From a virus, in the IMG/VR virus record IMGVR_UViG_3300045988_092796, positions 1 to 32,357 of that record: DNA of 32,357 nucleotides; one strand, 5' to 3'. The notes under the pieces are model-generated. The model ran no database searches. It worked only from the letters and a program-made list of their open reading frames with translations, and was not told where the DNA came from. Positions within the stretch are counted from its first letter, which is position 1, and every line of letters starts with the position of its first letter. Both the position numbers and the translations under genes were made by a program. Positions 17,552 to 25,084 of the stretch are shown here, one piece after another.

Positions 17552-17791
17552 CTATTTTCGGTCTGAAAAAAACTCAGCCCAAAATGGATTTTCTTTATCA
17601 AAGATTTCAACCTCTTCTAAAGTCATATTATGAGGATAATCTTCAAAAAGGTTATAGAACTTTTTCTTATCAAATGTAAACAACATCAATCCTCTAGCAA
17701 ACCATGACGTATCAACCCACCAAATTTTATCATCATCATTTTCTTTATAACAATATTCGGACCAATTTACTTCTTCATAATCACTTTTCAT
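17552..17791 (-). CDS. 79-aa acidic, Trp-rich protein; putative immunity/partner of the MuF C-terminal domain
   Basis: The ATG overlaps the last 11 nt of the MuF gene, suggesting translational coupling. No recognisable family. Confidence 0.5.
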   Translation of the reverse strand: MKSDYEEVNWSEYCYKENDDDKIWWVDTSWFARGLMLFTFDKKKFYNLFEDYPHNMTLEEVEIFDKENPFWAEFFSDRK

Positions 17792-19187
17792 GGCCTTCAA
17801 TTCCTTTCATTTGCTTAGAACCAGCTGTGTTAATGAAGCTCAATAAATTATGGAACTCAGGATTATCTTTCAATGAATTTGAATCGATGATATAACTATC
17901 CACTTCATATTTTCCATGTCTGGTACTATGTGTTTTTTTACACTTGAATCTTTCTTTCAGAACAACATTATCTAATGGTTTAAACCCGTTTGATATTCTG
18001 GATTGCAACTCCAAATATTCAAAACGTCCTTCATTTTTTCTTATAACAGCCGCATGCCTACCTGTTGCCAAGTAATATTCATTCCCATCTTCTACCTTTT
18101 TCAACAATTCTCTGACTGCAGTAAAGTCATTCGTGTTTTTAACGACATGCATTTTAACACCAGGAAGATTTCCTATCATTTGGATTCTACTATCTCTAGA
18201 GAAGAAGTCACAGCTTTTACCTCCTCGAAAATCTAAAACAGTATAACCGCCTTTATTTCCAATATACGCAAATGCTGCTGACGAACATGACCCTTTTGTT
18301 TTATCACCGCCACTAACAGCAGTGATGATTTGTTCCTCAGTTAGTTTTTTACGACTTTTTTTGATAGGATTTGAGGAAATTCCTTCTTGAAGCGCAAGTT
18401 TTCTCACTTCGCTCATTTGAGATTTTCCATTGATATTTTTTCTTGCTTCTATCTTATCACTTTCATCTGTTTTTCTCCAAATTTTGCTCCAAATGTCTTT
18501 AACTTTCCCGCTTTTTGGGTCATAGTCAACAATACAACGACAATGTTGATGCCTCCTATAAACATCTCTTGGAACTCTTGGATATTTATAGCTACCTTGT
18601 ACTTCTTGACACCAATCACAGCAATGAAAATAAGATTTTCTAACAATTTCAGGTTGTAATCCAGATTTGTAATGGAACTCCGCATTTTTTTGAATACTAT
18701 CATCAATGATAGATTGAGAAAAATTAACGATAGGCTCACCAAACAACCAACTGACATCTTCAAATTTTTCTTCAGATGCCAATCGATTAACAATGCCAGC
18801 AATTCTATCCTGATTCAATTCAGGAACTTGCACTTTCAAACTGATTTTTGCATCTGTATTCAGTTTCTTCTGTACATCTCTCGTATAACCGCTTATTATC
18901 TCATAATTACGCCCTAGAACGTCCGATAACAACCGTTGAGCGATATTGTAATACATTTTTCCATCTGGCAATTTATCAGCGATTAAAGAAGCTCCTAGAG
19001 CCTTAGAAAGAATTTCTCCGACCTCAATAGCAAACTCATTTGCTGTTTTGTAGGTTGCTTTTTTAGCTTCCAACGTGGCAAAAGCATTTCTGACGATCTC
19101 ACTTTTCCCATAATCTCTCTCGAATCTCTCTTGAACTTCTTGAAGAATAGCAGGTAAAACATCATGTTCCATCTGATTCACCTTCAT
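17781..19187 (-). CDS. MuF/SPP1 gp7-like head morphogenesis protein fused to an unassigned C-terminal domain of about 190 aa (Cys301/His378 candidate catalytic pair)
   Basis: MuF signature HCCDWCQEVQGSYKYP...RRHQHCRC at residues 188-218. It is followed by a Lys-rich linker and an extra domain (GSCSSAAFAYIGNKGG ... ATGRHAAVIRK). An alternative start at 19172 has a better SD. Confidence 0.75.
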   Translation of the reverse strand: MKVNQMEHDVLPAILQEVQERFERDYGKSEIVRNAFATLEAKKATYKTANEFAIEVGEILSKALGASLIADKLPDGKMYYNIAQRLLSDVLGRNYEIISGYTRDVQKKLNTDAKISLKVQVPELNQDRIAGIVNRLASEEKFEDVSWLFGEPIVNFSQSIIDDSIQKNAEFHYKSGLQPEIVRKSYFHCCDWCQEVQGSYKYPRVPRDVYRRHQHCRCIVDYDPKSGKVKDIWSKIWRKTDESDKIEARKNINGKSQMSEVRKLALQEGISSNPIKKSRKKLTEEQIITAVSGGDKTKGSCSSAAFAYIGNKGGYTVLDFRGGKSCDFFSRDSRIQMIGNLPGVKMHVVKNTNDFTAVRELLKKVEDGNEYYLATGRHAAVIRKNEGRFEYLELQSRISNGFKPLDNVVLKERFKCKKTHSTRHGKYEVDSYIIDSNSLKDNPEFHNLLSFINTAGSKQMKGIEGHEK

Positions 19188-20430
19188 TCACAATAGGCAC
19201 AGCAGACATATCACCTGCAATTCCTGTAAGATCACGAATGGTTTCAGCGTTAATATAACCAGGTAATGCCTGATTCAATTTCAGGGCACCATCGCCAACC
19301 ATGGTCATCATATTAGCATCTGCTTCAAATAATGGTTCCCATTTAACTGTTGTTCTCACAAATTCACTTCTTACGTAATGAAATTCATCACGCAAACAAG
19401 CAGCAACATAAGCAACATTTAAAAATCCAGCGCCTAAAGACCTTTGTGCCTTCCGTCCTGCCAAGCGCAAATTCTCATGACTAGCCTTGATAGCTTCAAC
19501 TGATGATGGATTGTCTGACACAAACCCTAAATCATCTAATGTCAAGCCCATTTCGCCAGCAAATCCAGCAGCAGCTGTTCTTAGCTGTTCGGTAAAAGGA
19601 GACATGCTGGCAGTGCTAAACTGGCCAACGTTTGGCTTTTCCCCATTATCACTAGCCGAAATCGTCAACAGGCTTGATACAGTCGCTTGCCATTTTTCCA
19701 AAGGCTCTGCATCAGGATCCAGTCCAAGAATATACTTTTGAGGCCATGAGTAGAACTCTGCCGTAATATCCGCCCGTTCCAAAGTACGCTTAGCATATTT
19801 TTGATAATACATGCCAGCCCTCGTGATACGACTACGGCCAAACGGTCTTACCGCATCAGGCCGATGAATCACAGGAACCAGCAGTGGAATATTCGTTGGA
19901 TTGCTGATCGAGTAGGTTTGACCATCTTTCGGGATGAAATGGGTTGCATTTGGCTCAAAGTAAGCCTCTAAAGTTGCCCGACCATAATCGTCCCTAGCCA
20001 ATACCGCATAACCTTCAACAAGCAATCCAGTAATAGGATCAATTACTCCAGTCGCATTACTCGATTCAATGACTTGTAATCTCACCTCATCATCTTCGTC
20101 TTTCGAAATATAGATAAAACTACACGATCCAATCAGTGCTGATAGAATAGTGCTATCAAAGAAGATATCAGGATTGTTCCGATTGAAGATTTCCATAACT
20201 TCAAAATCATCATTGGCAAATTCTCTAAAAATCAAACGATCTGCAAGACTATCTACTCCTTTTGCAGCCCAACCCAAAGTGGACCGATACTGCGCCCTGA
20301 TATTTGGAGGAATCGTTATTCCTATCGACGCTTCATAATATTTCATGGCGTAATGCTTGTATCTCAGATTAACTCTTAACCTACAAGATTCAAGTTTTCT
20401 TCTCAGATAGTCAATCCCTCTTAATTCCAA
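19162..20430 (-). CDS. Portal protein, SPP1 gp6-like
   Basis: Size and motifs (RPFGRSRIT) fit. Followed by the MuF gene. Start chosen at the TTG preceded by aaaggagactgaa; the track's longer N-terminus has no SD. Confidence 0.75.
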   Translation of the reverse strand: MELRGIDYLRRKLESCRLRVNLRYKHYAMKYYEASIGITIPPNIRAQYRSTLGWAAKGVDSLADRLIFREFANDDFEVMEIFNRNNPDIFFDSTILSALIGSCSFIYISKDEDDEVRLQVIESSNATGVIDPITGLLVEGYAVLARDDYGRATLEAYFEPNATHFIPKDGQTYSISNPTNIPLLVPVIHRPDAVRPFGRSRITRAGMYYQKYAKRTLERADITAEFYSWPQKYILGLDPDAEPLEKWQATVSSLLTISASDNGEKPNVGQFSTASMSPFTEQLRTAAAGFAGEMGLTLDDLGFVSDNPSSVEAIKASHENLRLAGRKAQRSLGAGFLNVAYVAACLRDEFHYVRSEFVRTTVKWEPLFEADANMMTMVGDGALKLNQALPGYINAETIRDLTGIAGDMSAVPIVNEGESDGT

Positions 20431-20454
20431 TTCAGTCTCCTTTCGTCTTGAGAT

Positions 20455-20533
20455 TTGGCGCGAGAAAAAATGTACAGTGACGGCGTGAAGCTCGGCCGAG
20501 CCTCTGGGGAGGGGGTAACCCCCCACCTTTGGC
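20455..20533. other. GC-rich island with a 12-bp palindrome gctcggccgagc (20490-20501) and a G5-taa-C6 hairpin (20511-20524); cos/pac candidate
   Basis: Read directly. It contrasts sharply with the flanking AT-rich DNA and lies between the HNH and portal genes. Confidence 0.4.
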
Positions 20534-20669
20534 AATTTTAAAAAATTTTAAAATTTTTATTTTTTCTCAAAAATCTTCAAAATTATTATTTTTTTACTTT
20601 TTTAAAAAAATTACTATTTTTTATTTTTTTAATTATTTCTATGATTTTTAAAAATATTTTTAAAATCAT
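20534..20669. repeat. Noncoding block of about 135 bp that is almost pure A/T, with phased A- and T-tracts and a 29-bp near-palindrome (20641-20669)
   Basis: ttttaaaaaattttaaaatttttatttttt... No ORF on either strand. Confidence 0.6.
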
Positions 20670-21008
20670 TTACGATCTGTATTTCGTCCAGTCTCTACTC
20701 TGTGGCAGATTCCTATTCCCAACAACTGTACTGTTGGCTGATCTATCATCTGCATATAACTTATCAGACTTCTGTCTGTTGCATTGCCAATGCGATAACT
20801 GCAAGTTCTTAATATCAGATGGATGACCATTCCTATTAATTGGAATGATGTGATCAATAACTGGACTCAAAGGGTGCGGGTACTTCAATGATTTATCTAC
20901 GGGGAGTCCGCATATTCCACAAGTATTCCTTGTTTTAAGGATAATCTTTTTATTTTTTTCAAAAGCTACTCGATGTGGTCCCGTCCTATCTTGCCTGAGG
21001 TTATTCAT
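20670..21008 (-). CDS. HNH endonuclease (phage packaging-associated type)
   Basis: Motif CGICG...DHIIP...GHP...NLQLSHWQCNRQKSDK. Confidence 0.85.
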   Translation of the reverse strand: MNNLRQDRTGPHRVAFEKNKKIILKTRNTCGICGLPVDKSLKYPHPLSPVIDHIIPINRNGHPSDIKNLQLSHWQCNRQKSDKLYADDRSANSTVVGNRNLPQSRDWTKYRS

Positions 21009-21130
21009 TGAGGGGGGCCTTTCTTTTTTAGGGTAGGGGGGGTGATATTTTTAATATCATTTTTTTTCTAACCAGGGTATTTTTTTTATCAAGCCTACCC
21101 CATTTTTTTATCAGGGGGAGGGTACTTGAA
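21009..21130. repeat. Array of G-runs with AGGGTA motifs at 21030, 21074 and 21119 (44-45 bp spacing), each next to a T-tract; one inverted TACCCC (21096) and the palindrome tgatatt-ttt-aatatca (21043-21059)
   Basis: Read directly. Noncoding region upstream of the HNH gene. Confidence 0.6.
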
Positions 21131-21252
21131 TTTAACATATCTTATATTCTGTTAATTTAAACCATAGGGTCGTCTTCCTTACTCTCTCATAAGATGTATT
21201 TGATTTTGCTTAATATGAATTTACTTTTTTTTATTATGTTAAATAAATACTG

Positions 21253-21819
21253 CTAATAGCTGAAATTCAACATGCTATTATCTAACTCATCCTGCTTAAA
21301 TCCTATATAACCTAAGGTAATATCTGGTGAAGAATGATTAAACAATTCCATCAATATCCCAACGTTCTGATTTTTTCTATAGTGATGATAACCAAAGGTC
21401 TTTCTCATTGAGTGAGTTCCGATATTGGTAAGACCTGTATGTTCTCCTGCATCTCTTAAAATCTGATAAGCAGCTACCCTGCCAATATGTGTTATCCTCA
21501 AGCCTTCGCTATTTACTTTTTTTCTGGAAGGAAATAGATAATCATAATCTTTCAGATCATTTTCTTTAATATAATGATCAAGGGCTTTTCTTAAGGCTGG
21601 ATTAATAGCGAACCTTTTAGTCTTTCCAGTCTTACGTTCGGTCACTTCTATATGACTTCCCTTCACGCTCTTAACCTTTAAAGGAAGGATGTCGCTAATT
21701 CTCATACCAGAATACAATCCAGTGACCATCAACACATAATCTCGTTCATTCTTATCCTTTAGATAATCCTTCATGCGTTCGATATCATCTGTATCACGGA
21801 TTGGTTCCACTTTTCGCAC
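21253..21819 (-). CDS. Small tyrosine recombinase, catalytic domain only (about 188 aa)
   Basis: Candidate catalytic residues: R in GMRISD, HxxR in THSMRKT, H in FNHSS, Y in TLGYIG. There is no N-terminal core-binding domain. GTG start preceded by ggaggtgaggat. Confidence 0.75.
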   Translation of the reverse strand: MRKVEPIRDTDDIERMKDYLKDKNERDYVLMVTGLYSGMRISDILPLKVKSVKGSHIEVTERKTGKTKRFAINPALRKALDHYIKENDLKDYDYLFPSRKKVNSEGLRITHIGRVAAYQILRDAGEHTGLTNIGTHSMRKTFGYHHYRKNQNVGILMELFNHSSPDITLGYIGFKQDELDNSMLNFSY

Positions 21820-21837
21820 ATCCTCACCTCCAATCAA

Positions 21838-21863
21838 ACGAAAAAGGCAGGGTGTTCCTGCCT
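21838..21863 (-). terminator. Rho-independent terminator downstream of the ArpU-like gene
   Basis: Minus strand reads aggcagg-aacac-cctgcct followed by ttttcgttt. Confidence 0.65.
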
Positions 21864-21886
21864 AGTCCTTATTATTCGATAATACT

Positions 21887-21895
21887 AGTATAACA
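21887..21895 (-). promoter_or_regulatory. Extended -10 element TGtTATACT without a recognisable -35 (activator-dependent late promoter candidate)
   Basis: Minus strand reads ggtgttatactag, 18 nt downstream of the last GCGGAG repeat. Confidence 0.4.
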
Positions 21896-21913
21896 CCATT
21901 TCCCCAAAACAAT

Positions 21914-21952
21914 CTCCGCATTTACTCCGCAATTTCTCCGCATTTTCTCCGC
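21914..21952 (-). repeat. Four direct GCGGAG repeats at exactly 11-bp spacing
   Basis: ctccgc on the plus strand at 21914, 21925, 21936 and 21947. The array spans the last codons and the stop of the ArpU-like gene. Confidence 0.8.
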
Positions 21953-22389
21953 TTTTCGACAACTAGAACAGCATTTCTATATTGTTCAGCAAAGGCTAAC
22001 AGGGCCATATTTCTCATCTCGAAATATCTCGTATTCTCGACATGTAGTAACCTAGCAATCTCATTATGTTGCAATTTAGGCTGCCTGACATATCTATTAA
22101 TTAAAATACAACGATAATCCGTATCAAATATATTGCTAATGGATTGCTCAATAGCTTCTAGTTCTGATGTTGCATCAGCTCTTCGAATCCCTAGCTTTTC
22201 TACCTGCTTACTAGGTTTTCCGCCTCCTCTTGGCTCAATCGTAAAGCTTTGAGTTATTTTTTGTTCGAGAGATTCACAAGCAATAATTTTCCAACGATGG
22301 TACTCTTCAAGCTTCGACTCCGCCCGTCTAATCGTCTCTTGCTCGTTTATTTCTGGTAAAAGCGGTATCCCCTCAGAACTATATTCCAT
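21922..22389 (-). CDS. ArpU-family-like late transcriptional regulator
   Basis: About 155 aa and the last gene of the early region. The C-terminus is sigma-region-4/HTH-like. Family assigned from memory. Confidence 0.6.
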   Translation of the reverse strand: MEYSSEGIPLLPEINEQETIRRAESKLEEYHRWKIIACESLEQKITQSFTIEPRGGGKPSKQVEKLGIRRADATSELEAIEQSISNIFDTDYRCILINRYVRQPKLQHNEIARLLHVENTRYFEMRNMALLAFAEQYRNAVLVVEKRRKCGEIAE

Positions 22390-22403
22390 AATACCTCCTT
22401 GAA

Positions 22404-22748
22404 CTACTTTTTAATTGGTACTAGTCGGACAGACTCTTTCCATTTAATAAGCTTTCCGTTATTGTCATTATTGTGATAAGGCGGAAGTCTTGCGCCTTTA
22501 ACTTCTCGATAGACTACTTTCTCTATCACTTTTATTAGTGGCATTTTTTTCTCTCTTTTATCAACCCATCCGATAAGCCATGAGGGGGGGACATCGTATG
22601 CTCTAGCAATTACTTCAATCTGCTTGATTGATGGAATCCCTCCTTTTTCATACAAGCGAATAGAGCTTTTAGATATGCCTGTGTCATTAGATACATCACT
22701 CACAGACAAGTCAAGATCTTCTCTCAACTCTTTTAACCTTAATTCCAT
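22404..22748 (-). CDS. XRE-family HTH protein (114 aa)
   Basis: LSVSDVSNDTGISKSSIRLYEKGGIPSIKQIEVIARAY. Start taken at the ATG with an SD; the track's N-terminal extension overlaps the upstream gene. Confidence 0.65.
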   Translation of the reverse strand: MELRLKELREDLDLSVSDVSNDTGISKSSIRLYEKGGIPSIKQIEVIARAYDVPPSWLIGWVDKREKKMPLIKVIEKVVYREVKGARLPPYHNNDNNGKLIKWKESVRLVPIKK

Positions 22749-22764
22749 TTCTGACCTTTCTTTA

Positions 22765-22959
22765 TTATTCGACTTCAATAGGATAAAATTGACCGTAAGA
22801 ATTATAGAGTGCATGCAATACTTGAACTGCCGCCCCACGGCTAGAAAATCGCATCGCTTTAACTTCGTCTGAAAATGAAGCTTTGATGCCGGTTCTATCA
22901 AAAGATACATTCATTAAATATTGTTTCTTTTGATTTTCTGTATGTTTTAAAATAAACAT
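22765..22959 (-). CDS. Hypothetical 64-aa early protein
   Basis: The ATG directly follows the stop of the replisome organizer gene, with ggagaag as SD. Confidence 0.45.
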   Translation of the reverse strand: MFILKHTENQKKQYLMNVSFDRTGIKASFSDEVKAMRFSSRGAAVQVLHALYNSYGQFYPIEVE

Positions 22960-23868
22960 TTACTTCTCCAATTTCTTAAGCAACTCTTGCTTCTTCTTAT
23001 CAAGCTCAGCTTTTTTCTCAGGACTAATTTCATTTTTATAGTCTGGCTTGCTCCATTCAGGGTTATTACCTGATGATTTTTTAGCGCTATTCATGGTCTT
23101 ATTATTTTTCTTAGCTTGAAAATCACGTTGAGCTTGATAGGCTTGTTCAGGCGTTTTAATGCCTTGATCAATCCAATTATCCAAAATTCGTGCAATGTAA
23201 TTAAATTTACGTACATTGTTCGCAACAGCTATTTTAACAGCTTCGAGGAATAGGGCAGTAGAGACTTTTTGATTCAATAGATAGTCATTAATCATGTCAA
23301 ATTCAAATTTTACAAGACCACGACCTAGATTTGCTTCAATTTTTTGAACAAAATTTTGCTTATCTATTACTACTATATTATCTTTATCTTCTTCTCTATC
23401 TGTTTCTATCTCTATATCTATATCTGTTGCGTTACTTTGCGTTACTGTAACGTTACTTGTAACGTTACCATTTTCAAGTAACTGCTTTTGTTTTTCTCGA
23501 TAACGAGCGACTCTTTTTCTTGTTTGCTCTTTGGCTTTCTCCATTCCATCAACATTTTGGTGTTTTTCCCAATTTGGTAGTGAAATAATGCCGTTGATTA
23601 TTTCGATCATGCCAAATTGCTCAAATATCTGCAATGCTAGACGTATTGTTGCTAACGGCCGACAAAAAATGGCAGCTAGCATCTCGTCTGTATAATGAAC
23701 TTTATTAGTCATCATCAACAATCCGTTTCCGCCTTGTCGCCCGGCTAGAGTCAAAATCTTAAACCAGATCACCAAGATAGCATCATGTTCTGGCAATGAA
23801 TCGATTAATCGTATTTTTTCATCATCAAAAATATCTGTCGTAATTTTGATCCATTTAATTTCTGACAT
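22960..23868 (-). CDS. Phage replisome organizer (N-terminal domain) fused to a DnaD/DnaB_2-like C-terminal domain
   Basis: N-terminus MSEIKWIKITTDIFDDEKIRLI...ILVIWFKILTLAG is typical of the family. C-terminus contains NYIARILDNWIDQGIKTPEQA. Confidence 0.8.
   Translation of the reverse strand: MSEIKWIKITTDIFDDEKIRLIDSLPEHDAILVIWFKILTLAGRQGGNGLLMMTNKVHYTDEMLAAIFCRPLATIRLALQIFEQFGMIEIINGIISLPNWEKHQNVDGMEKAKEQTRKRVARYREKQKQLLENGNVTSNVTVTQSNATDIDIEIETDREEDKDNIVVIDKQNFVQKIEANLGRGLVKFEFDMINDYLLNQKVSTALFLEAVKIAVANNVRKFNYIARILDNWIDQGIKTPEQAYQAQRDFQAKKNNKTMNSAKKSSGNNPEWSKPDYKNEISPEKKAELDKKKQELLKKLEK
23380..23469. repeat. Ori-like repeat block inside the replisome organizer gene: TATCT-type short repeats followed by five GTTAC and two copies of the palindrome GTAACGTTAC
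   Basis: Sequence gcgttactttgcgttactgtaacgttacttgtaacgttacc at 23429-23469. It lies in the acidic linker between the two protein domains. Confidence 0.6.
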
Positions 23869-23882
23869 CCTTATATCCCTTT

Positions 23883-24122
23883 CTAATGCGCATGCCATTT
23901 TCTTGCTTGTTTTCGCTTAAATGCCGTCTGTGCCATATCTTCCCAAGTTTTACGAGCCAAGTCTTCTACTAAAATCATTTTTTGCCTTACCAGATTATCA
24001 ATCTTTGCTTCATTTTCTTCCATATCATGATAACAGCGCTTGACTTCATCTTTGAGAAATTCATATTCCTCAATCACTGATTTCATATTATTAACGAAAT
24101 CGTTGTTTTTTAAATTTTCCAT
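23883..24122 (-). CDS. Hypothetical coiled-coil early protein
   Basis: ORF within the co-oriented gene array. Confidence 0.45.
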   Translation of the reverse strand: MENLKNNDFVNNMKSVIEEYEFLKDEVKRCYHDMEENEAKIDNLVRQKMILVEDLARKTWEDMAQTAFKRKQARKWHAH

Positions 24123-24131
24123 ATTGTCTCC

Positions 24132-24392
24132 TTAAAACGGCAGTTGGTCTCGCTCTGTATAATTTTGGTACATCATCCGTAGCCACATACCATCGATTTT
24201 TTCGAATTGATCAAGAGTAAGATAATAAATCTGTTGCTCAAACCAATAAGAAAAATCTTCAAAATTATCGATTACAACAAAATTATCATATATATCAGCA
24301 TAATAATTACTTCCGTAAAAATTACCGGAAATTGAATAAACATAAAAGTAGTCTCTATGCTGACTTTCTTTCCTATAGATTTTTAATCTCAT
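24132..24392 (-). CDS. Hypothetical aromatic-rich 86-aa protein ending in ...ERDQLPF
   Basis: ORF directly downstream of ssb. Its C-terminal LPF matches the SSB tip. Confidence 0.5.
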   Translation of the reverse strand: MRLKIYRKESQHRDYFYVYSISGNFYGSNYYADIYDNFVVIDNFEDFSYWFEQQIYYLTLDQFEKIDGMWLRMMYQNYTERDQLPF

Positions 24393-24401
24393 TTTTCAAC
24401 C

Positions 24402-24800
24402 TCAAAATGGTAAATCATCATCGCTAACATCAAGGGTATTTGGTGCTTGGCCATATAGGCTGTTTGCATTATCAGTATTGTCTCTCTTCTCTAAAGTCTG
24501 GAATCTTTCGGCAACGACTTCAGTAATATGGACACGCTGACCTTGTTGATTTTCGTAGTTTCTGGTCTGTATTCGACCAACAACAGCAATCAAAGCCCCT
24601 TTTTTAGTCCAATTAGCCAAATTTTCAGCATTAGTTCCCCAAATCACGCAATTGATAAAATCCGCTTCTCTCTCACCATCGCTATTTTTAAAATTCCGAT
24701 TGACAGCCAGGTTGAATATAGCGACCGATTGACCGCTAGGAGTCTGCTTTAATTCGGCATCTCTTGTCATTCGGCCTATAAGCGTTACATTATTGATCAT
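24402..24800 (-). CDS. ssb: Single-stranded DNA-binding protein
   Basis: OB-fold N-terminus [23 protein letters not shown] and C-terminal DDDLPF tip. Confidence 0.95.
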   Translation of the reverse strand: MINNVTLIGRMTRDAELKQTPSGQSVAIFNLAVNRNFKNSDGEREADFINCVIWGTNAENLANWTKKGALIAVVGRIQTRNYENQQGQRVHITEVVAERFQTLEKRDNTDNANSLYGQAPNTLDVSDDDLPF

Positions 24801-25072
24801 TTTCCTCTTCCTTTCAAATAATCGGGTATCTCGTCACCGATTTCTAATTCCTCATACTGCTCGGCTGATAGCAAAAACTTGCCATAAGCGCCAGCCGTGA
24901 CCGTGTAGTGCCCGTCTATTATCTCTTTGTTCGTGATGTAGCCGTGCATTTCTGCGCCTGCATTATCAACCTGATAAATGATAATTGGCTGTTTTGGCTT
25001 GCTCAACACCACTCCCGCGTAGAACGATACCACGCAAGAGGTAATGAAAAATATTAATTTAATCTCGGCCAT
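24797..25072 (-). CDS. Hypothetical signal-anchored protein
   Basis: N-terminal TM segment; coupled to ssb. Confidence 0.45.
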   Translation of the reverse strand: MAEIKLIFFITSCVVSFYAGVVLSKPKQPIIIYQVDNAGAEMHGYITNKEIIDGHYTVTAGAYGKFLLSAEQYEELEIGDEIPDYLKGRGK

Positions 25073-25084
25073 TGGTTGCCTCCT

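Noticed and set aside
20431-20535. N-terminal 35 codons of the portal ORF as given in the track
   Set aside because: They run through the GC-rich palindromic island and have no SD. A TTG with aaaggag at proper spacing gives a typical portal N-terminus.
22749-22910. N-terminal extension of the HTH ORF 22404-22910
   Set aside because: It overlaps the 64-aa upstream gene, and the HTH domain begins at an internal ATG that has an SD.
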